From a virus, in IMG/VR virus record IMGVR_UViG_3300046463_000164: a stretch of 64,000 nt of DNA. One strand, given 5' to 3'. Each line of letters starts with the position of its first letter. Position 1 is the first letter of the stretch. The notes below the pieces were generated by a model that saw nothing but the letters and a program-made list of their open reading frames with translations, made no database searches and was not told the origin of the DNA. Shown piece after piece: positions 57,525 to 64,000 of the stretch. The translations under genes and the position numbers were made by a program.

Positions 57525-57713
57525 TTACTTGCTTTCCTTTAACATATATCGCACTTTGGCGAGTTTGAATGCATCAATTTTACGAGCGCAACGTTGAACC
57601 CGGTCCCAGACGATGACTTCATCGGTAGAATAGACGTATCCCGTTACGACCAATTCCCCTCTTGAGCCGTCAGCCGGAACATATACTTGATCTAATTCAA
57701 GTCCATATTTCAT
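57525..57713 (-). CDS. Hypothetical protein
   Basis: Coupled ORF. Confidence 0.5.
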   Translation of the reverse strand: MKYGLELDQVYVPADGSRGELVVTGYVYSTDEVIVWDRVQRCARKIDAFKLAKVRYMLKESK

Positions 57714-57719
57714 TAGCTG

Positions 57720-58001
57720 TTACTCTACCGCCCTGATCACAAGGGCATCGCCTGGACCGTATTGGCGAATCACCACATGGCGAGATTCGTTGAAATATTC
57801 CAGATCGGATTCACCAATATAACCATCTTCATCAAACCAGATAACCGATTTTTTGTCGCGGTTGATAAGCACCGTGGTTCGTTCGTCCACTTCGGTATCC
57901 AGCACCAGAATAGGAGTGAAACAAGGCAGATCATCCTTGGCCGAAGTGTTGGCGTGGACAACCGGCATTTCAATCTTAAAATCTACAGAGCGACCCATCA
58001 A
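57720..58001 (-). CDS. Hypothetical protein (paralog of 57273..57524)
   Basis: Same motif pattern as its paralog. Confidence 0.6.
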   Translation of the reverse strand: MMGRSVDFKIEMPVVHANTSAKDDLPCFTPILVLDTEVDERTTVLINRDKKSVIWFDEDGYIGESDLEYFNESRHVVIRQYGPGDALVIRAVE

Positions 58002-58183
58002 TAATCATCCTCAAGATAAAATTCAACATAGGCATCCTCGTCCATTTCGAGAATTTGCTTTTGGTGCAGCGAATCAATATACGTCCCATCCGAGTCGTAA
58101 AGATTCAATTCAAAAACCCGCGTCCCATCAGAAAGACGTTTACCATACTGCGTTGCTAACTCTTTAGCTCGATCAACTTGCAT
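57998..58183 (-). CDS. Hypothetical protein
   Basis: Coupled ORF. Confidence 0.45.
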   Translation of the reverse strand: MQVDRAKELATQYGKRLSDGTRVFELNLYDSDGTYIDSLHQKQILEMDEDAYVEFYLEDDY

Positions 58184-58206
58184 TTGTAACTATGTAAATT
58201 AAAACA

Positions 58207-58234
58207 AAGAAAAGGGCGCCAACTTCAGCGCCCT
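58207..58234 (-). terminator. Terminator after the tRNA-like RNA
   Basis: AGGGCGC-TGAAGTTG-GCGCCCT followed by TTTCTTT (- strand). Confidence 0.75.
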
Positions 58235-58254
58235 GAGACACCTACGGTAAAACT

Positions 58255-58344
58255 TGGTGGAGGCGACGGGACTTTAACCCGCACCCGGTCGTCCAAACGG
58301 ACCGTGCATCATCACGTGGGTTGGCCCACCAATACTACGCCCCC
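58255..58344 (-). tRNA. Atypical tRNA-like RNA (Ala-type acceptor stem, non-standard D and anticodon loops)
   Basis: GGGGGCG/CGCCTCC-A-CCA acceptor with G3:U70; T arm GCGGG-TTAAAGT-CCCGT; anticodon stem CGGTC/GACCG with a 9-nt loop; 22-nt D loop. Confidence 0.7.
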
Positions 58345-58351
58345 AATGACC

Positions 58352-58735
58352 TTACAGCGCTTTCCAAAGCATAGCGATGAGAGAGCACAGACCATCCAAG
58401 AAGGATATCAGGCCGCTCTTGAAAGCATCGCCTTGAGCCGGGAAGTGCTTCTGGAACACTTCGCAGACTTTGAGCAGCAGATACGCCCCAGCAAATATCA
58501 GCAGATACGTCTTAATACTTCCGCCACTGTCCGAGTCGTCAGAACTGCTCGAATGAGCACTTGAACCGCTAGGATAATCGAAACTACCCGGCTCCAACCC
58601 TCGCTGGCGATAGAGCATGTCAATCTCAACCGCCTTCCAGTTATCGGTATTGTTGCTTGCGAGGATTTCTTGTTCGCGGCGCTTGATTTCGATTTGTTCT
58701 GGACGGCTCAACTTTCCATTGACGATCATGCTCAT
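58352..58735 (-). CDS. Hypothetical membrane-anchored protein
   Basis: Ser-rich linker and hydrophobic segments; promoter TTTACT-N17-TATAAT (58792-58820, -). Confidence 0.55.
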   Translation of the reverse strand: MSMIVNGKLSRPEQIEIKRREQEILASNNTDNWKAVEIDMLYRQRGLEPGSFDYPSGSSAHSSSSDDSDSGGSIKTYLLIFAGAYLLLKVCEVFQKHFPAQGDAFKSGLISFLDGLCSLIAMLWKAL

Positions 58736-58875
58736 GATATATCCCCTTGAAGGAGTTAGGTTTAGTCTGCTTTCGCTCGACCTTTATACATATTATAACC
58801 GATAACACATACCCAGTAAAGAGGTTTATATGGAATTCATAAAATAAAAAATGGGAGCCGAAGCTCCCATTTTTG

Positions 58876-59601
58876 TTATGATGTCATCCAGCCTTGGATA
58901 GCACGCTTGATCGAAGTTGCGCCGCGTCCAGCAACCCTGTGGTATCTCTCCCATCCTGGAGTTCTCTTCAGAACGGTCTCAGCGTTGTGAGACATCTTCT
59001 GAGTCATACCAAAGATAGCGTCACAGGTTGAAATAGCCTTCACTTCGTCCGTTTTCTTGCCGTCTTCAACGAACTTGAATTCGAACTGAGGGAATTGCAT
59101 TTCCAACTCGTTGCCTTGTATCGGTAGCATTCCGATCACACCCACCTTGGTCTTGCGAGGCGTCGTTCCCCGATGATGCGAAACAACCGCATCGGATGGG
59201 GACTTATCGGTGTGACCCATCGCAAGCTGAATATATTCATCCAGCATAGGTTTGAGATGCTCGAAAACTTCCTTAGCCATCAATTCAGCCAAGGGAGCCA
59301 ACACGCTTTTGACGTCGTTTTTCTGACTTAGCTCTTGCTGCTTTTGAGCTTCATCGTGAGATCGACGGTCATAAGACTTGATGATGATCTTGAGGTTGGC
59401 CAATAATGTCGGCCGAGTCTGTGTCATGTTCATCGACACTCGCCAACGATCTGGCGACAAGGCTTTCTTCATTGCGGCGAAGACATCATAATCCTTGATG
59501 CCCATGAGGGTACTTGATCGACATTCAATGGGGTGATTTTGGAAAAGCTGTTCACAAACTGCCATCCATTCATCATCTTTCCATTGGACACGAGTAGCCA
59601 T
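58876..59601 (-). CDS. Hypothetical protein, C-terminal DUF2325-like alpha/beta domain
   Basis: KVGVIG...CDAIFGMT..MSH; own promoter TTTACT-N17-TATAAT (59671-59699) and terminator (58846-58874). Confidence 0.6.
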   Translation of the reverse strand: MATRVQWKDDEWMAVCEQLFQNHPIECRSSTLMGIKDYDVFAAMKKALSPDRWRVSMNMTQTRPTLLANLKIIIKSYDRRSHDEAQKQQELSQKNDVKSVLAPLAELMAKEVFEHLKPMLDEYIQLAMGHTDKSPSDAVVSHHRGTTPRKTKVGVIGMLPIQGNELEMQFPQFEFKFVEDGKKTDEVKAISTCDAIFGMTQKMSHNAETVLKRTPGWERYHRVAGRGATSIKRAIQGWMTS

Positions 59602-59794
59602 TGTTAGCCTCTATCTAGGGATTGTTAAAGATCGTACTACAGCCCCACTTTCCGTGAAGTGGTTAGTATTATTATATCCTGAACTCTGAAGGAAGTAAAG
59701 ACTTTACTTATTACGTAAAACCTAATATCCCAAACCGCCATCAGCAGGTCAGTTGTTCCTAAATAGATACAACACAAATCTATTTGGAGCAAGC

Positions 59795-60595
59795 ATGGAC
59801 AGAACGCCTTACACTTATCTGATCGGTTGGTCGCATTTGAATCTTTGGTATTATGGGGTTAAGTACGCCGTGGGTTGTCACCCAGATCAGCTTTGGGTAT
59901 CATATTTCACTAGCTCAAAATATGTTGCTGAAACCAGGGCTGAACACGGAGAACCTGACATTGTTGAAATCCGTAAAGTATTTGATGATACCAAGTCAGC
60001 TAGATATTGGGAGAATACGGTTCTAAGGCGTTTGAAGGTAGTATATGACGATAAGTGGCTAAACAAGACAGACAATAAATCCATATCGCCTGAATGCTGT
60101 AGTCATCAAAAATGTCTTGGTCTTAAACGTTCCGAAGAATCAAGAGCTAAGATGAGAAAATCTTGGGAGACTAGAGACCCAATTTCTGAAGATACGAGAG
60201 AGAAGTTAAGAGTTGCTGCTACATCTAAGCGCCATTCAGAAGAATCAAAAAAGAAAATTAGTGAAGGCAATAAAGGCAAAACTCTAACCGAAGAACATAA
60301 AGATAAGGTTAGACAAGCTAGAATTGGGTCAAAGGCTAGTGATGAGACCAGAATAAAGATGTCTGAATCGGCAACAGGTAGAAAGATGTCAGCCGAATCT
60401 ATTGAGAAAACTGCTGCTGCCCATAGAGGAAAATCTAAACCTAGCGAGAAAATCAAAGATCATGCTAGAAGGCTAGGTCAAATCAAAATGACGTGCCCTC
60501 ATTGCAATAAAGAAGGATCAATGGCCAACATGAAACGTTGGCACTTCGATAATTGTAAATCTAAACCTTCTGATCTATTTGAACTGTTCGAATAA
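59795..60595 (+). mobile_element. Free-standing GIY-YIG-like (Seg-type) homing endonuclease with NUMOD3 repeats
   Basis: YTYLI...WYYG, YFTSS, WE..L, WLN; repeats RSEESRAKM / HSEESKKKIS / SDETRIKMS; C-terminal CPHC...WH..NC; opposite strand to its neighbours; CTAAATA at 59759. Confidence 0.85.
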
Positions 60596-60967
60596 GTTGT
60601 TGGGTTCAACGTAAGTATATGGGTTATATACGAACACGGGTTTATTCAAGCTTTTCATAAACTTGATCATATGCTTCGTACCTCCCGATACTCCGTCATG
60701 TATCGCGCATAGGGCGTCCGCGTATCGACCCATTTCCTCATTACGCTCGAAACCCGCCAACTTGTTATATACACCTAGCGGATACCAATTAGGTCGGAAA
60801 GACTTAATGGCGATATTGTTTTGTCTAGCCCAAACCTTGCCTAATGTATCCACCCCTGTCGCTTCACCGCAGACCACTTCAGAAATAACAAAGCCCGCGA
60901 GAGAAATCCCAGTTTCAACATGTTTCATTTCTATAATTGATCTACTGCCCGCAATAATCACTTTCAT
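60575..60967 (-). CDS. YspA/SLOG-family protein
   Basis: MKVIIAGSR, VVCGEATGVD, AGFERNEEM, DGVSGGTKHMI. Confidence 0.85.
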   Translation of the reverse strand: MKVIIAGSRSIIEMKHVETGISLAGFVISEVVCGEATGVDTLGKVWARQNNIAIKSFRPNWYPLGVYNKLAGFERNEEMGRYADALCAIHDGVSGGTKHMIKFMKSLNKPVFVYNPYTYVEPNNLFEQFK

Positions 60968-61042
60968 CCAATAGTTCCTTTCCTTTAGTTCGACGCTTTG
61001 AAGGGTGTTCGCTATATTGGCAATTCCGCCAAAGAAGCTAGA

Positions 61043-62449
61043 TCAATTCGTCTTGCCGTAAATGGCTCCCAGACTAATAGCAGCTTGTTCGATTTGTTGG
61101 ATATTAACTAATGTATCCGCTTCATTCTTGTCTAGACGAATCTCAATAAATCGCGGCAGGAACAAGCTGAAGAATCCCCCGCCTTCGGGTGGCGGCGTAA
61201 TACCGTTAGCCTTTACTGTAATAATCCCATCAAGCAACTGATCGCGATGCTGATGCATCCACAAGCGATCCTTGTCCTTAATACCTGAGACGCTTGCTTT
61301 CAACTTACCGCATTCACTTTCGGTTTCGATTGAACCAAACGTCTTAGCGTTCTTAGACTTAGGATCAGCGGCCTTGAAGCCCTTGATCCTCAGCTCGACC
61401 TGAATCTCCAACTTTAGTTTGATCTTGTGGACAGCGCTGTCGCTATCTTCCCAGATGCCATACGGGTCGCAGATAACCGTGCCTTCCAACCCGCGAGCCA
61501 TTGCCTCTGCCGCGTGTGCGTAGGCTTCCTGAAGAGAATAGACCATCTTGTGTTCGATCACCCGGATAGCCGAATCTTCAGAGATACCCGCCAGAAGCGC
61601 CTTCAGACGTTCAACGCGAACCTTGTACGGCTCATTGAACTTATTCTTCGGCTTCGCTTCGCAAATCGGGATCATGTCCCAAACGTCATAGACCGGAGTG
61701 TGTCCCGGCGGCAATTCGCCTTCCTGAAGCAGCGCGTTGAACAAGCCGTTCCCTTCAGCGCGGGACATGATCTTGCCGTCTTTCAGCATCAGAAGCTCGC
61801 CGTGGGCCTGATACCCTTCGGGGATAAGCGCGCGAACGGCAGACACGACCTCTCCGAAGTATTCTAGAGGCATCGGTGAGCCTGACCGGCTTTCGATCGA
61901 TACCGACCCACTACCCTGGTGATGTGAGACGTTAGCGAACTGCCCGTCAGCCTTGATCTCAGAGTAGACGCCTTCTTCCCAGGCCCAGGTAGAAAGATCC
62001 ACCTTGTTGGCCAGATTACAACGCATGTACGGAACGTCCGTCACCAGACCGGGCCAAGCCTTGTTGATGGTACCTTTCGAGATACCGGCCTGGACATCGC
62101 GTTGGATCAGAAGCTGGAGCAACTCCTTGCTCCAGTCGCTGGTGAAGTTGTTATAGACACCGGACAACCAACTGCGGGCTTCGTTGCCAGTCTTTTCCCG
62201 TTTGGCGAGAGTCGCGTAAACAACATCAAGATCGTTGCGTTCAAAGTCGCACTCAACGAATCCGCCGAAGATACCCGGAGACATCTTGGGATCGACCTTG
62301 CTGATGTAGAAGTTCACGCGGGGTTCGTAGGTCAACCGCAGAAACTCCTTCAGGTCATCGTTGTCGCGGTTGGCCGTCAGAATTGCCAACTTCTCCTTGG
62401 AACTGGAGGTGGCCCGTAGCTGTTCGATAACATCAAATACTTTTTTCAT
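61043..62449 (-). CDS. 30: ATP-dependent DNA ligase (gp30)
   Basis: EIKADG, HGEL, VWDMI, EGTV, KLK, LFLPRF. Confidence 0.95.
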   Translation of the reverse strand: MKKVFDVIEQLRATSSSKEKLAILTANRDNDDLKEFLRLTYEPRVNFYISKVDPKMSPGIFGGFVECDFERNDLDVVYATLAKREKTGNEARSWLSGVYNNFTSDWSKELLQLLIQRDVQAGISKGTINKAWPGLVTDVPYMRCNLANKVDLSTWAWEEGVYSEIKADGQFANVSHHQGSGSVSIESRSGSPMPLEYFGEVVSAVRALIPEGYQAHGELLMLKDGKIMSRAEGNGLFNALLQEGELPPGHTPVYDVWDMIPICEAKPKNKFNEPYKVRVERLKALLAGISEDSAIRVIEHKMVYSLQEAYAHAAEAMARGLEGTVICDPYGIWEDSDSAVHKIKLKLEIQVELRIKGFKAADPKSKNAKTFGSIETESECGKLKASVSGIKDKDRLWMHQHRDQLLDGIITVKANGITPPPEGGGFFSLFLPRFIEIRLDKNEADTLVNIQQIEQAAISLGAIYGKTN

Positions 62450-62630
62450 AATTAAAAACTCTCGTTGAAATTCAGGGCCAACGCCTTCTGATCGCGTTGA
62501 TCTTCGTTGATCGCCTTGATTGCTCTTACGGCATCGATACGGTCGGTAAAATCAATCACCATTGTATTGATATCGACATGATTGGTGCTGCGCGATGCAA
62601 CCGTGGTGATCAAAACCTTGTAAATCATGA

Positions 62631-62861
62631 TCAGTCAGCCTTATGGAGTGTGTGGATTGCCCGGACAAGCTCGACAAACTCTTTCTTCTTCAGTTGTCGA
62701 AACCGGTTATAGAGTTCAAACGCTTCGATCCCAATGAACCATTTGGAATTGGAGCCATACCGGCTGTGCTCTCGTACCCAGATATAGAAATCTGTGGGTT
62801 CGCCAATGACGGCATAGTGACAAGGCGTCTTATAACTTCCTACCTCTAACATCGTAGCCAT
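62631..62861 (-). CDS. Hypothetical protein
   Basis: Small ORF upstream of the ligase. Confidence 0.45.
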   Translation of the reverse strand: MATMLEVGSYKTPCHYAVIGEPTDFYIWVREHSRYGSNSKWFIGIEAFELYNRFRQLKKKEFVELVRAIHTLHKAD

Positions 62862-62897
62862 ATTATACCTCGCTATATGTAAAAAGGAAAGATTATT

Positions 62898-63281
62898 TTA
62901 TGGCTGAAGCAGGGCGGGTCTTGGTCGCGTAGAGTCCGCAATGAGCCGCGCCTCCCAATCATCATTCCACTCTTGTAAGGCTTGATGGAAGTTAGCCATA
63001 GCCTTATCGCGCCGGTAATTATCCCCAAACACCATTGAGCCTGAGCGTTCTGCGCGTTCTTCGTTAGACGCGCCCCAGAGCCAAATTCTTTCGGATTGGA
63101 TATCCATCACCGAACGGGAGATAACCTCATAACCGTTGGTAGCTCTGAACGTGTGATAATCGCCGTCATCATCACCATCCCAAATGGTCATTTCGTTTTG
63201 CATAAGGATATCGAACGTCAGACGTTTTGTCGTCGGTATCAATACATAGTGTATCAGATCAAGCTTTATTATTTCATTCAT
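62898..63281 (-). CDS. Hypothetical protein
   Basis: 127-aa ORF. Confidence 0.55.
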   Translation of the reverse strand: MNEIIKLDLIHYVLIPTTKRLTFDILMQNEMTIWDGDDDGDYHTFRATNGYEVISRSVMDIQSERIWLWGASNEERAERSGSMVFGDNYRRDKAMANFHQALQEWNDDWEARLIADSTRPRPALLQP

Positions 63282-63296
63282 ATGTAAGTTAGATCA

Positions 63297-63503
63297 AAGA
63301 AAGAGCCTCCAAGAATCTGGAGGCTCAAAGGCGTTTAACACTCGCTTAATGCCAAACGCTATCCCAGAGGATGAGATTCACAACGTGCCGCAATAGTAGC
63401 CCGTAGGTGTGGTGAGTTTTAAGCGGGGTTCGTAAGCCTAGGTAAGGAACTGACCGGGGCAGCTCATCCTAAGCCACAGGAACCCGCTTAAAACTCAGGA
63501 GAC
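63297..63503 (-). ncRNA. Candidate structured non-coding RNA (about 200 nt)
   Basis: Own promoter TAGACT-N18-TATAAT (63510-63539) and terminator (63297-63326); 15-bp perfect stem; 12-bp GU-containing hairpin; no meaningful ORF. Confidence 0.55.
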
Positions 63504-63546
63504 AGAGCTATTATAACCTAAAGAATTCTCCGGAGTCTAGCCCTAA

Positions 63547-64000
63547 TCAGAACCAGTGCGGTATAGGCGTATCTGTCCAAGTAGCAATGCTTCTCTTACC
63601 TTTCGAGTAGTAGTTGCGGTAAGAACGCACTACGTCACCGGGAACCTTGTACTCATCAGGCATACAAAGCGGCGGCATTGTAAAGCCAATATCTTTCTGA
63701 TTAGAAGGTGCCTGAGATAACACCGCAGACAATCTACAAATTGTCTCGTGATCCCTCTCCTTTCGGTATCGCCTCACGAACTCATTGTTGAGTTCTAACA
63801 TTAGCTCGTAGAGCCAATAGTAATTCTGAGCCGATTCTCTAACCCAGACAGCACAACCGTGATTCACATGGGTTGAGGTATAGAGGGTTTGGTCCAGCGA
63901 TCTATCGGAATGCACAAACAACTTTCTCTGTCGCCCGTTGATTACTAAACTCTGCTCCTTACCATCCAATACCCGATGTGCGGTACACAATAATTGGGCC
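63547..64000 (-). CDS. Pyrimidine-dimer DNA glycosylase / DenV-family protein (5' end outside the window)
   Basis: AQLLCTAHRVLDG, H.NH..AVWVRES..NY.WL, PLCMPDEYK, YRNYY; open to the right edge. Confidence 0.8.
   Translation of the reverse strand, partial: AQLLCTAHRVLDGKEQSLVINGRQRKLFVHSDRSLDQTLYTSTHVNHGCAVWVRESAQNYYWLYELMLELNNEFVRRYRKERDHETICRLSAVLSQAPSNQKDIGFTMPPLCMPDEYKVPGDVVRSYRNYYSKGKRSIATWTDTPIPHWF

Noticed and set aside
58255-58344. tmRNA
   Set aside because: The acceptor stem is similar, but the element is only 90 nt with no tag reading frame.
1761-63326. Similar intergenic hairpins (CCTCCAG/CCCCTCAG stems) as a mobile repeat family
   Set aside because: They sit at gene ends with T or A tails and are adequately explained as intrinsic terminators.
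63413-63497. SRP 4.5S RNA or hammerhead ribozyme
   Set aside because: It lacks the SRP CAGG-GNRA-AGCA helix and the hammerhead CUGANGA/GAAA core.
1-64000. CRISPR array, rRNA, integrase or IS element
   Set aside because: No regularly spaced repeats or matching motifs were seen by eye.
1-64000. Stop-codon reassignment
   Set aside because: Core genes are full length under the standard code.

Overview
This is a 64-kb segment of a large lytic T4-superfamily myovirus with an Ackermannviridae/PhiW-14-like gene set and order. It is not bacterial chromosome. The left part (about 0.5-30 kb, mostly + strand) encodes DNA polymerase gp43, topoisomerase gp39+60 and gp52, clamp and clamp loader (gp45/44/62), RegA, gp59, gp3 and rIIA/B. 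It also holds a five-gene operon: a GT-B glycosyltransferase, a PIG-L deacetylase and a complete PglD/PglE/PglF-like UDP-diacetylbacillosamine pathway. The 30-38 kb block is baseplate/tail and lysis (tape-measure-like, gp27, gp53, gp48, gp4, nested spanins, gp54, gp2). The right part (38-64 kb, mostly - strand) holds a Ter/TelA/vWA stress cluster, a Tad1-like anti-defence protein, gp41, UvsX, a dUMP hydroxymethylase/kinase/dUTPase operon indicating 5hmdU DNA, a GIY-YIG endonuclease, DNA ligase and a DenV-like glycosylase. The best candidate for a new system is hypermodification of 5hmdU DNA with a (de-N-acetylated) bacillosamine-type amino sugar. Two unexplained structured RNAs also stand out: an Ala-acceptor tRNA-like RNA with an aberrant body (58255-58344) and a stand-alone, possibly pseudoknotted RNA of about 200 nt (63.3-63.5 kb). 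All assignments come from motif recognition and synteny by eye; no searches were run.
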